A stretch of 64,000 nt of DNA from Azolla caroliniana (Eukaryota > Plantae > Polypodiophyta), in contig JBHGNT010000004.1 of assembly GCA_043228905.1 (NCBI GenBank), positions 9,610,001 through 9,674,000 on the forward strand, read 5' to 3'. The notes under the pieces were generated by a model that was given only the letters and a program-made list of their open reading frames with translations, was not told where the DNA came from and ran no database searches. The position numbers and the translations under genes were made by a program. Below are positions 35,094 to 48,600 of this stretch, piece after piece; positions within the stretch are counted from its first letter, which is position 1, and the number at the start of each line of letters is the position of its first letter.

Positions 35094-36890
35094 ACAAGAA
35101 TATTCAAACACAAGTGCTTCTTTGAATGCATTCCAATCCAAACTATGCAATGCTTTTATTTAACGAATTCCATCTCCACTAATTTATAAAAGTTTGCTAT
35201 CATATTGACATCATTCAGACAAGACATTTCCATTTCATCATAATATATAGTGACATACTTTGAAATATTTGTGCCATCAAACACACCAATCTTCTTTTGG
35301 ACTTCTCGTAAGGCATGAAATAATTGATCTTGATTCAATTTTTCAATAAATAACCTTACCGGTTCCATTGTACTCATACTTTCCATGTTGATGCGGATCT
35401 TTACTTTAGATGTCTCTTCTACTTCCTCGTTTCACGTCGGGTTCACCAAATTGTGTCGTGATGTGGCTCGCCCAGAAGCGTAGCATTGCATACACAAAAG
35501 ATATCGTGGAAGTGAGGGGAATCACTAGGATTATGGACGGAAAGGACGAAAGAGTAGAGATAGAGTAAATAGAGATCAACAAGATATGACAAGATAGGAT
35601 ATAGAATCATATTTCAAGGAATAAAAGAAATTTATAATTATTTGATGAAAGAGTTACAAAATGGTTATGAGCATCGTTGAACCTTCGATATTTGTCTCAC
35701 ATCTTCACTTCAATATTTTGATGAAGATAAGAATCGAACCTCCGCCCTTTCATTGCGAGTTGAGCACCACAACCATTAAGCTAGCTCTTCTCTTGTCATT
35801 TCTTCTTCTGGTGCAGTTTCTATCTTATGATATCATCCAATATAGTTCTTCGATTGCAATATAGTTCTTCGATTTCAATTCCTTTGATATCCCTTGTGAC
35901 CATACTCCCTTCTCCTTTTATAGGGAAGAGATGGTTCTACATGTGGGCCATGTTGTGCACATGTAGAGAGGCTCTTGAATGTGTGTTATATGGTGCACAT
36001 GCTAAGAGACTCTTGCATGTGTGCTATATGGTGCACATGCCGAGAGACTCTTGAATGTGTGCTATATGATGCACATGTGGTACATTTCATGGTTTTTTTA
36101 TTTGCCTCGACATATAATGTATAATATCATCATAGTGTGTTGTTAATATTATCTTTATGGATTCAATAAATAGTCAAACTCGACCAAGCCGACAACATAT
36201 CTGCCGACTTCAAATTGGTAGAAACTCCACTAATCGAACTCGAAGACAAAGCCACCAAAGACAGAGCCGATTCGACAAGAGTTGAAGAAGACAAAGTCAA
36301 CAAGATGCGAGTTGGAAACAGAACCGAGTCGACAAAGTCCATAGGGGACGACAACGTGACACCACTGAAATCTCGACTTGGGGGTGGGTAGCTGATTGAG
36401 GACTTTGAACCTCTTATCTCGGCATCCAGGAGATCTGGACGAGCTCGAAGGCAAACAGAGTTGTACCAACCAGGCCTCGACTATGTCAACACCGATGCAG
36501 GCGAACCAAGCACATATGAAGAAGCTATTGCCAGTGATGCCAATCGAATTCCAGGTACCCAATTTGCAGATTCAAGTACGAGCCCAGCTACCAGAGGGCA
36601 AATCCGAGCAAATACGGCTACAACAACTGCTAGAACTAGGCGAAACAAGGTTACACAGTATGACCATATTGGTGCAGGAATAGCAGCGGCGCAAAGCATT
36701 CGTGGACCGACGTCGACACGTGCGTGAAAATGATTTTACGGTTGGGAAAACAGTATTAGTGTTTCAAACACGCATGGGGCAAATGCCAAGAAAATTAAGA
36801 TTCCGCTGGACAGACCCGTATTGGATAGTGGGAGCGGAACAGGGCACATTTCAACTTATCACCTTGGCCAGGGAACTGCTACGACAAAAG

Positions 36891-39800
36891 TGTTGTGGAC
36901 AAGGCCATCAAAGCGGAAGTGCAAGCAACATTCGTGATGAAGAAGAACCTGTGTATGCATGAGCAAGATAGACATAGAGGGAGAGAGAGAGAGAGAGGCA
37001 CAAAGGAAATGTTATATTCCAATAGCAATAGTTACAAATGACAACCAACCCTCACTAAAGGTTACAAAGTCACTTTATATAGTGACTGTCCTAGGGCAAC
37101 TGCCCTTTATGCTATTTACAGAAATAGCCCGAACTTGGGTTGTCCAAAGGGACAGTGTGAATATGGCCATTATACACTCGTATTCGACACTCCCCCGTAA
37201 TGGGCATATACATGGGTTATCTTAAAGATATACAAGTATATATACAAGGTTTCTCGGACAAATCGGTTTTCTCAGAGTCGGCAAGCTCCGAAGACAGAAG
37301 ACCGAATCGGTTGGGTCGGAATAGGTAAAGCCGATCCTCAGAGAACCAACGTCGGTGGTCCGAAACTGTCCTAGCTGAATCAGCTCCAAGTTGTTAGCGG
37401 CCACGACGCCGAGGATGAAACCGAGGGTCGTCATTTTCACCATTGGTGAAAAGATTTCGTCGAAGTCGACGCCATATTCTTGTCTAAATCCCTTCGCAAC
37501 TAATTTGGCCTTGTACTTTGGGTTGGTCGAGTCGGATGTCTCATTTAGTCGATAGACCCACTTACACGGAAGAGCACATTGATTCTTCGGTAATTCGACC
37601 AAGTCCCAAGTTTTGTTTGCCCGAATGGAGTGCATTTCTGACTCCATCGCCAGATGCCAGGTGGTTGAATTGGCAGATGCCGATGCTTCTTCGTAAGACG
37701 TCGGTTCGCCGATGTCAGTAAAGAAAATTCCGGGAGAGTACCTTTCTAGAGGTTGCGATAGTCTCTCGGATCTGTGAGGTATGAGTGGATTGGTCACACT
37801 AGGTGTCGATGTCGGATGGTCGGGAGCCGAGCCATTCGGCTGTGCCGAATTGGTGGATTCGGTGTGACAGTTGTCGGTTACCCGTGAAACCGATCTTGTG
37901 TTGTGGGCTGGGCCATCACGAAGGGTTGGCACTTTGGAAAATATTACCCTTCACACTTCAATAGGCCTTTCGGCCATTTTATGCATAACCGGCTCAATGA
38001 ACACGACGTCGGAACTTCGGACGATTTGTCTGTGCTCGGGGTCCCAAAGTCGGTATCCGATTTCGCCGTCAGGTCCATACCCAAGGAAAATGCATTTCCT
38101 TGATCTTGGTTCGAGTTTCCGTTGATCGTCTTTTGGTATGAGGACATATGCCTCACAGCCGAAGATCCTAAGCTTGTCATAATTCGGCTTACTGCCGGTT
38201 CATATTTCCTGAGGTATTTGAAGTCCTAGAGGTCTACTTGGCGACATATTTATGATGTGTACTGCCGTAAGTAGAGCCTCCGCCCAAAAGCCATCTGAGA
38301 GTCCGGAGTGTTAAAGCATGGATACTACGCGTTCTTGAATCGTCCGATTCATGCGTTCAGCAATTCCGTTCTGCTCCGGACTATAGGGTGTTGTATATTC
38401 ACGTCGAATGCCGCGTTCCCGGCAGAATTTGACAAATTCTTCAAACTTGAATTCTCCTCCATTGTTGGTTCGGAGACATTTCAGTTTCCGACCGGTCTGA
38501 TTTTCGACCATTTCAAGACATTCGGAGAAGATCGAGAACACCCGATCTTTGGTTCTAATGGGGTAAGCCCACACCTTCCGAGTCGAGTCGTCAATAAAAC
38601 TAACGAAGTACAAAGCACCACCGAGAGACTGATGTGGCATTGGGCCACAAACGTCCGAGTGGACCAAATCGAGGGGACTGAATTCTCTTGGTGCTGATGT
38701 CAGATGTGATGGGGCTACCTATTTGCCGTACTGGCAATGCTCACAGTATTGGTGATTCAAGAAGGAGAGTTTGGGGATGTAACCGGCTCTAGATAGGTGC
38801 GTTATGCCGGCCTTGCTGAGGTGTCCAAGTCGTCCATGCCATAACGATGACACGGGGATATCTACCAAAAATAAGTCACCCTCTTTGAGTGTGACATATA
38901 AAGGATACAAGGAATGTACCTTTGGTCCTCGAGCAAGCAGGAGGTTCCCTTTGTGGAGTGTCCACCCTCCTGATGAGAATCCAGCACGGATGCCGGCTTC
39001 GTCAAACTGTCCGACTAAGATCAGGGGTCTTGAGAGCTCAGGAACGTGTCAGACGTTGTGTAGTACGAGCGTAGAGCCACCCGAAAGGTTGAGCTCTACG
39101 GTGCTGATTTTGATTATAGCACAATGTTGGGAGTTTCCTACTCGAACTGAGTCGGAGTGCCGGTTCGAGTATTACCGATACTGAGATCGGTGAGGTGTCA
39201 CATGATACAATGCGCCCGAGTCCAAGAGCCATGTGCTCGATTCCTCAGTCGTAAGCACAACTTCTGATTCGATTGGGTTCTCTATGGACAATATGTTCGG
39301 GTCGGTCATCAAAATTTCAGCTGAAGAGTCGACGTAGGTGACCTCCTCATGCGGGCTACTCTTCTGATCCGCTCTCTGAGCTTTGTCGGTTTTTGCTTTG
39401 AGTGCCCAGTAGTCGACTTTGATTTGTCCCGGTTTCTTGCAGTAGTTGCAGATTCGGTTGTCCCGGGACTTGCTTCGGCTTCGCTGATTGTTCGGCGGTC
39501 GGGAAGAACTTCTTCCCCAGTTTTTTGGTCAGTCGGTCAAACCTTGTACTACGTAAGCTTCATTTGCCAAGTCTTTGGCGGAAGACTTTCTCCGAGCTGC
39601 TTCAGTCAGGATTGCGCTCGTGACTTCGGAGTACTTAACGGCAGCTGTTGAAGCATTGCACACGGTTGTAACGAAAGTTTCCCATGAAGAGGGGAGACTA
39701 CTCATGAGTATCATTGCTCTGAGTTCATCCTCCATTGCCGCCCCCTGAGACGAGATTTGGGAGCTTATGCTTTCGTACTCATTGAGGTGTGCCTGAACCG

Positions 39801-41137
39801 AATCGATTTCTTTCATCCACAACTTGTATAGGCCCCGGATCATATACATCTTCGTTGCGGCGACCTTCTTTTCATAAGTTTCCGATAGTGTTTTCCAAAG
39901 TTCAAACGTTGTCGTGCATGATTGCACTGTGAAGTACACTGACTCCGACAAGTGCATCCGAATCGTGGCTCGGACAATTCTGTCCAGCTTTAGCCACTCG
40001 TTTGCCTTGTATGCTTCTAGAGGATTTTCATTCTCAAGCGGGTCTGTTTGACACTTGACTATAAGATAGTCCTGCATTTGTTCCTTGCAGAAGTTGAAGT
40101 TCGAACCGTCGAACCTCCTTAGACTCATCTCCGATGAGTTGGATGTTGATGCCATCTAATTCGGTTTCGGTTTGGAAGACTCAGTTTGGAGTTGACTACG
40201 AACCTTAGTGGGGTGCAGCCGGTTGGCTCACCCGATATCGTTCTAGTCGGTTTTGAACCTGAGTCGGTTTGGTTTCGGATACTTGTTGCTGAACTTGCTC
40301 GGAGTGACTCCGGTAACTTGAGGAACAAAACCGGTTGGTCTTCCCGAATGTTGCCGAGTCGGAGTGAGCCCGGTTAGCTTCCGATTGTATGCCGAATACC
40401 GATTACACGAAACCGATTGTTTGGGTCGATTCTGCTTCGGATGACTGCAGCAATGAGAGGGACGGATCCAACTGATCCTCCCGAATGTCGATCAGCCGAG
40501 TGAAGCATGAAGTGGTTGTTGCTAGGAGACCAATCTGTAGCGGGTGGTTACAACAAGCGGGTGAATAGTGTCCGGTGACCTATTCAAATGCCTTTTAACC
40601 GAATGAAGCACGATTGGGTCGGGTGTTGCACATGGAGCTCCCCTCAAGCGGTTACAATCACAGGAACAGAGTACAACCAGTTGGCTTACTCCAGTTTGTG
40701 ATTTAACACAGTGAGATGCGAGCTTTTTGTTTGTCTTCTCCCTTCTCTGTTCTTCAAAGAAAACAAAAACAGAATGTTGTGTTGTACGATGACGGCCGAT
40801 AGCGGGTTGAAGAACCTCCAACGCTCTGATACCAAATGTTGTGGACAAGGCCGTCAATGCAGAATTTCAAGCAACATTCGTGATGAAGAAGAACCTGTGT
40901 ATGCATGAGCAAGATAGACACAGAGGGAGAGAGAGAGAGAGAGAGGCACAAAGGAAACATTATATTCCAATAGCAACAGTTACAAATGACAACCAACCCT
41001 CACTAAAGGTTACAAAGTCACTTTATATAGTGACTTTCCTAGGGCAACTGCCCTTTATGCTATTTACAGAAATAGCCTGAACTTGGGTTGTCCAAAGGGA
41101 CAGTGTGAATACGGCCATTATACACTCGTATTCGACA
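36891..41137 (-). mobile_element. Ty1/Copia element 3, with RT/RNase H largely deleted
   Basis: LTRs at 36891-37189 and 40837-41137, TSD AAAAG, iMet PBS at 40823-40834. gag at 39529..40155 and integrase VHSDVCGP. RT breaks off at LELIQL (~37370). Confidence 0.93.
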
Positions 41138-41499
41138 AAAAGGTGAATGGGTTTCGCCTTAAACCTTAATTGGGATCTACGCCACCTAACTCGTTTCCCG
41201 CCGGACAGGACAAAGCCGGAGAATCCACGGAGTAAGTATAGGTCCCTACTTGTACTATAGTGTAAAAATAAGATTGTATGTAATAGTTACAGAAGAAAAA
41301 AGAGAGAGAAGATAGTGACACTATTAAAAGGACTTAAGGCATGCACAAACTTCTAAACCAAGAACACATGACACCACGATGGCTCACTGACCAATGAACC
41401 CTAGGCCACAAAAAGAAGAAAATAGAAGGTTTTCTACACAATATAGAAATCAACCTTCTAACTCTCATTACCCTCATCGCTCCCCTCACTCACCCTCCA

Positions 41500-44245
41500 C
41501 TCCATCATATCACAGAGCTCAAGTTCGCCATAGCCAGCAGTCCTCACCCACTAGCCACGAGTCTCACCATCCTACTATGCCAATCCCTATTTCGGTCGCC
41601 TTGCGTCATGGCTCGTGGAGAAACTCCTGGATGGATACATCAAAGTCGCAGAGGCACCCCCTCACCCTGAAGCCGTGGACATTGCTAGGAAGCTTAATAT
41701 CGACACGGTCACCAACACATCCATCCGGAAGACACTTGACCTGTCATCGCTGCGAGAAAGACATTTTGAAATCCCACCTGCGGAAACTTTGTAGAGATAT
41801 TTCGGGCCATATTCGGCATCCGCCAAGGCCTACCAAACGAAGGAAATCCCCGACCCCTTCTTTCGCGAAATAGCCAAGTTCCTGTTGGAGGTCGGATGTG
41901 TGCATGTAAATACATATGGGATGCCCAAGCAGAAGGCAGATATTATCATTGATACCTTCGAAGGGCGCACGAACGATTGGGGGGTCATTATGGGGCCAAT
42001 GTTACGAGAAGGCCTGCACATGTATCAAGGCCGCAAAAAGCTAAGGCCTATCATACAACAGTATCTGATGATACTATATCCACCCCGAGGTCTGCCCACA
42101 CCACAACCCAGCAAACCCACGCCGTCGCCACAATCCACGAAACGAAGGTTAGCGGAGTTGGCCACCATAGAGTGGGAGGATGAACCCCAATCAGCCCAAC
42201 CCAGCACGCGAACAACACAGGAGGAACGGGCGGAGCGCAAGGAGGAAGCTTCACAGGAGCAGGAAGCCGAGCAACCTCTGGGAAGCCCGATGCCGAAATG
42301 GCGGACGCTAGACAGGAAAGATGGGCGCAGGTTAGTTAAAGACACACTCGCGGCCATAGAGACGACCAGCATGGTTGACAACTCTGTAGCTACGGAGCCC
42401 AACACCACCTTCGAAATAATCCGAGAACCACAACCGATCATTTCGGCCCAGTCACGGCGGGGGAAAGGCGTATTTACGGCGGAAAGCGAGGTCCTGGCGT
42501 ACCCGGACATTCCGAACACGGCCCATGAGTTCGGCGCACTATTACAGTTCAGAACTACTTTTGAACTCATGGAATTTTTGGCAACACAACAAATAAAAGT
42601 CTCACAACGAATGGCCGAGGAGCACGCGGAGAGACAAATGAACGAGTGCGCACTAACACAAACGGCGGAAATCGATGATGAGGGGCAGCTAGCCAAAGTT
42701 GGCAGACAGCGGAACGCCGGTATACGACGAATGGAGATGGAACTATCCCCATTAAACGCAACCCTCGTTGAGGTTCATAGGGAACTGGCTAAGGTCAGTA
42801 TGGGCGCCAAGGATATGGTGATTAAAAATAAAAATGTCTGGAAAACGATCAAACAGACCCAAGCCAAGCTACAAAAGTCCAACAAACGCATCGCGGAGTT
42901 GAAACATGACGCGATTACGGCGCAACGGGTAGCTCAACCAACAAACAACGCCGCCAAGGCCCTGAGAGAAGAAAGCGCAGACCGCCATTGCCTCGAAAGA
43001 AAAGAGGGTCGTGCAACTGGGGGAATCAGAGATTGACCGCCTCTACTCTGAACTTTGCTAATCCTCTGACAGAGAAAAGGACATCCGGGCCAACGGCCGA
43101 AAGGTAGTGAAGACCCTTGAAGAGAAACTCATAATAGAGGCAGCACAGCACACCCGCATGAAAGAAGAAAACGCCAAACTACGGGAGGAAGCGCAAAAAT
43201 AAAAAACATCAATCATAGGACTCCGGGTGTTATTGGAAAAGAAGAAAGCATGGCTCGACGAGCAGCTGGAACGGGAACAGGAGAGGAGGCATCAGCTCGA
43301 AATCCGCTTGAACAATGAAATGGGAAAGCTAGAGGAATTACATTCGAAGGAATCTCAGCTATGGGCAGGAATGAGGAGCAATTATGAGGAAGCGGCGGCG
43401 GTCAGTAAACAAGAGATCGAAAACCTCAAGAAAACCGTAGAAGAAGCACGCAACCGCTGCCAAGCAATAACCGACAACGTGCGCATACTTCTTCAAACAA
43501 ATCGGGAGAGGTTTATGGTGCAATTACAAGAGGCACTAGACAAAGGTTGGATGGCGTGGGCTGCACAAGCGGCGGAGTTGCATACGTACCGGGCGGACTA
43601 GGAGAACCGAAGAAAAGACAACTGAGGTTTCTACAAACTCAATGAGGAAAGCATTGATTGCGGCAGTATGCGAGGACGTAGCATAGGATTATCGCACTCT
43701 AGCGGACCAACACTTCGAGGACCTCACGCAGCTACTAGACGATTTTGGTGAAAGTTAGGAGGACTTGTTTCACCAAATCATGCAAGTTGGCAGCACGCGA
43801 CCAAACGCGGAATCCATCGCGGTACCAATACAGGATAATGCCAAACGAGAGGAACCTCAACCCACGTCACTAGAAATAACCACTATGGTGGACAGCACGG
43901 AACAGCAAGCAGAGCCCCCCGCGATAACAAAAAGTGAGACCGCCAACCAAGAGGAACCCCAACCCCATTCACCGGAGCGTACAACTACGGCCGACACCAC
44001 GGAGGAAGTTACGGACGAGACAGAACCTCGACCTACCGAGAGCCCGCCAACAATTGAGCCAGCCACAATAGCACGGGATGAGCCAACAGAGCCTAGACCA
44101 CCCACATAGGAAGCCAACGACACCATGGGAAGCCATATTGAGCCAGTAATGGAACCACGCAACGACGCGCCTATGGACACTACGCCGTCCCCAGACCCAG
44201 ACATCGGAGCGGAACCAAACATCCGGGCCATTTTGGAGGAGGATT
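41500..44245 (+). pseudogene. Degenerate extra (3') ORF of Gypsy E: conserved globular domain + coiled coil + P/T/E-rich tail
   Basis: ORF pieces 41885..43036, 43227..43601 and 43765..44109 are homologous to the ORF at 54477-56095 (-). Confidence 0.65.
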
Positions 44246-44929
44246 AAAGGGGTGGGTCCGACGTGCCATGGCACTATCCCATAGGCATGCCAGGTGTTGT
44301 CCACCGGAATAGTAACTGACAGACAGGAGTGTAGAAATATAGAATATAGAAAAAAACGTAAGTAACGCATGTAACGGTTCACGCGGGAAGCGTGAACGGT
44401 TAAAAGACCCTATGTATATAAAGGACAGAAATCCTCTGAAGAGGTAGTGTGTAAATTTTGGGCATAGAGTGTTATGTTAATAGAGTACTATATTCTCTTA
44501 TTATCGTGCATATATGTGCTTGATATAATGTGTTTCTGTGATTCTCGATGGCGTATTGTAAGCGTAAGAGCATAGACGTGAGTGCGTTTACTATAGCACA
44601 CTATCTAGGGAGTTCGGTTGTACCCATCTCCCTTATACGCTACTAGGATACAGGGAAGTATCCCATTATGTATTACAGTACGACGTTACCGTTCGTTGCA
44701 ACGCAGTCACTTTGAGGTTCCTAATCGAAGGACTGACTGTAGACCGTGTTCCTAATCGGTAACAGTCATCGATCGGGTGCTGGAAATGGATAAACATAGC
44801 TCTATGATGACGACGGGAGCCCTGCATATGGCCCTTCCAAATAAGGAGGATCGTGTTACCATTGGGGCGCCTGCTATAATTACTCCCCCAGTTTACTGAA
44901 GGGCTCAAAACAACGTTCACCGCACCAAA

Positions 44930-45640
44930 TCAGGAGCCGTCACTAGCATTCTTCTCCAATTCGGAGGAAGGACCGGTAGTGGTGGACACAAGCAACCTGT
45001 CCATCATAGTGATTGTTAAAGGCAAAGAGATCACCGGAACCATTATTGACGGTGGTTCAAGGGTGAACGTCATCAGCAAGGGGACATGTGACACCATGGG
45101 AATCCGAGATTGGGAACCGTGCCCATTCTGGCTAAGAATGGCGGATACAAGTTCGGTTCGACCAACCGAACTCATCCAGGACTTGGACATCACAATCGGA
45201 GGATACGCATTCCGGATATCGGTAGTAGTATTACAACTTAATGTGCAAGGGGGCTATCCCCTGTTGCTAGGAAGACCATGGTTGCGGATGGCACACATAA
45301 AACAAAACAAGCAAAAGAATGTAATCACCTTTCGACGAGGAAAGACCAAAGTACGCGTACCGCCACAGCCACGAGTAGGAACCAGTAAGGAAGTAACCCC
45401 CCTATATGCGGAGAGCATCAACATGTTGGACGGGTTAGATGACGAAGAAGTCGACCGTTACTTGGAAGAGCACCCGAAGATTGTGCCATTATTTGAGGTA
45501 GACATAACTGAAGCCGTCATACCATATGTGACGAACCTGGGAAAGGAATCGGACGAACCGGATGAAGAAGAAATCCAGGAGTTATGACAAGCACAAGAAT
45601 CATTGGAAAGGGAAATGACTATATCCCAAAGAGTAAAAGC
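44930..45640 (+). pseudogene. Gypsy aspartic protease fragment (family of E/F)
   Basis: IIDGGSRVNV...LLLGRPWL. The sequence LYAESINMLDG...PKIVPLFE matches 63826-64000 (-). Confidence 0.8.
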
Positions 45641-45649
45641 ATCCCAGCT

Positions 45650-48600
45650 GAGAGTAACGGATGCGTTCCCACTACCGTTCAACCATGGGCTCGGGAGACT
45701 ATGACCGAGAAGGGAGTCGACGCAACCACAGTGGAGCAATTGTTGAAGGAGATGGAGAATCTGAAAATCGCAATGGTGAAGAAGATAGAAGACCATCCCA
45801 CAAGTTCCAAGTACATGGACCGTCGATGCATATGGTGCGATAGCACCGAACATGATCGGAGAGATTGCGACGAGCACAAGGAGGCGTTACAACGGGATCT
45901 TATCTACTACGAGGGAAATCGGATCCATTCGATGGACTCTCGGAAGCCACTCCGACCGAACTTCCGAAAAGGCGGCCTGAAGAAGGTCCTAGAGGAGGAG
46001 ATCGCGGTGAAAAACAACTATGCGACAACAGCGGGAATACGTGTGGGGGAGTCATCTAGAGCAAATGCGTCTTTTTGGCCGGAAGTGCTAGAAATTTCGA
46101 AGAAAGCCGACCATGATGAAATCCGAAGCACTGCGGAATGTATCCGGGAAGCTATGGGATGAGAGTGCCCCATAGATAAGAATAGCGTACATGCGCTATG
46201 TCAATTGCATGAAGTGTATGTGGATGAAAAACGAAGGCGCACGGATGATGCGGTCGGACCATCAAAGGTGTCGGAGAGCTAGAACTCTGAAGGGAAGGGG
46301 AAAGGAAAAACAATTCCGGCATTCAAACTCACCTCGGACATCAAACAACAGACGGACCTAAAGAAGGTGTTTGAAGAGAGAATCCTTGATAGCCAGGTGG
46401 AATTTTCGCTTCGGGAATTACTCAGAATAGCGAAGAAGGAGTTCCCGACCTTCTTGTGGATCTCGTGAAGAGAAAAAGACAAACTACGGAGGAGAACGCT
46501 CCAAGGGTAAATGTGAACACGATTTTAATGAATGACACTGAAGTGGAGGACGAAATTCCGAACTCCCACTACACAAGGCCACATTGGGCACGTGCAACAA
46601 CGAAGACTCTGGTCCGAATCGACACCATCAAAGAGCCCGTGCTAGCATTGATTGATCACGGATCGCAAATCAATTTGATATCCAAGGAGTAATACCGGAA
46701 GGGGAAGTGGCCTATCAATACTAACCATGGATGGAAGATCCAAGCAGCCACTAAAGCAATGGAAGATCTATTTGCAGCTTGTCCGAATGTGACAATGAAG
46801 ATCGGGAATGTCAAGATTGAGCAAAATTTCTTCGTACAAGATGAGGTCTCACATTCCGTGATCCTCAGGCAACCCTTTATCACGGCTTCACGGATGGAGA
46901 CAAAGGTGATTGATAGCGGTACGGCTTTCGCACGAATTCGGAGCCAAAATGGAGGGAAATCCGTCAAATTCCTAACTGTGCCGGCAAATCATGAAAGGAA
47001 CAAGAGAGAGCTCTTGTCCCAAACAAGGATGAATTTTTAGAGCGGACTATTGCGGAGTGGGGAAGTGATAGTCCGAGAAGCCCTGGTACCCCACACAGGA
47101 AGAAAACTCTCAGAGCAAAACAAGTACGAATCGTTCTAGATGGGATATCTACGTACATGGCCGTAACCGGAGAAAAGAAGAAAGAATACCAGAAACTAGA
47201 GGATAAGTTGAGGTCGGCATTAATAATAAAAGAAGACGAAGAAATCGTGGGGGTAGTCGAAGAAGTGTTCTATGGGAGCATGCTACAACAGCTTGAAGAG
47301 CTTGTGGAGGATAGAAGCCAAGGAGACCGGGTAGTCTCGATGGAATCAGTCGAGATGTACAAGATCATTGCGAAAATGGGGCCGGATGCGCTCCACAAAG
47401 AAGAAGCAATGGTAAGTACGAAATACAAGACCGTGGAGAAGAAAGTGAAACCAATCGCGGGACCGTTACCCGCTGATAGCGAGCAAAAGAGGAAAGAAGT
47501 CTCGGGAGATCCGACACTTCGGAAGTCCGTGGATATCGGACATGCCTTCACGGATGAGACCCGGAAGAAACTTTGGATCGGTGGAGGTGGTTTCCTTTTA
47601 CAAAATGAAGAAGAACGATTCCGTGGGATGTTGGAACAACATGGGAAAGCATTTGTATTCACATCGATGGAGACAGGGTGCGTTGATCCGAAGATAGTGG
47701 AGTCGATGGTGATCTTAACGATTGACCATGTGCTGTGGAACCTGAAGCCGATTCCGGTGCCGCGTGCGCATATTCCAAAAGTCATCGACTTGCTCAAGGA
47801 GAAGGTGGCGATGGGGATTCTAGAGCCATCAAATGCTCCGTACTCAAATCTATGGTTTACGGTTCCGAAGAAGAATGGGTCACTCCGATTTATCCAAGAC
47901 TTGCAACCCATGAACAAAGTCACAATCCGGAACTCCAGAGTCAGTCCGATAGTGGACGAATTTGCGGAAGCATTTGCTGGTCATCCGATATACTCCATCA
48001 GAGACCTATACTCGGGTATGACCAATTCCAACTATCCGTGGAGAGCCGAGACATCACTACCATGTGGACACCGATAGGATTAGTTTGAATGTGCACACTA
48101 CCACAAGGAGCGACAAACTCGGTTGCACATATGATGAACGCAATGAACAAGGTGCTTCGAGACTCCATTCCGGAGATAACAATGCCGTTCCTAGATGACA
48201 TTCCGGTGAAAGGATGCGCGGTGGAAGAAAAAGATGAGATTATGGATGATCGGGGATGCCAACAGTTTGTAGTCGACCATATTCGCGATTGCAAGAAAGT
48301 GCTATGAAAGTTAGAAGATGTGCACCTAACACTTTCTAGTGAGAAATCGGCATTCGGACATGAAGAAATATTGGTAGTTAGACATCTATGTGGGCCCTAC
48401 GGCCGAAGACCGTCACCAACCAAGATCGATGCGATTCAAGCTATGAAAGAAGTATGTGAGTCACAATCCGAAGTCCGAAGGGTTCTTGGAGCTTGTGCAT
48501 TTTATCACATATGGATTCCACACTATGCACATATTGCGGACCCACTCTATCACTTGTTGCGGAAGGGTAAGAAGTTCAAATGGAGACCGGAACATACTAA

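Larger units (their letters stand above)
1195..36159 (-). mobile_element. Old degenerate Ty3/Gypsy element A, host of four insertions
   Basis: 3' LTR 1195-11626 (TGTCGTG...CACGACA) is followed by a PPT complement. Frameshifted pol/gag pieces lie at 11627-12387, 16652-18153, 30733-33728 and 35094-35453, collinear with intact element B. The 5' LTR starts at 35454 and is truncated near 36159. Confidence 0.9.
36550..44680 (+). mobile_element. 3' part of Gypsy element E (integrase tail, extra ORF, PPT/LTR-like end), interrupted by Copia 3
   Basis: The integrase tail KLRFRWTDPYWIV...LLRQK|KVNGFRLKP spans the Copia 3 insertion. A degenerate coiled-coil ORF runs ~41500-44245, and a purine tract near 44246-44256 precedes LTR-like sequence whose ends are uncertain. 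Confidence 0.7.
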
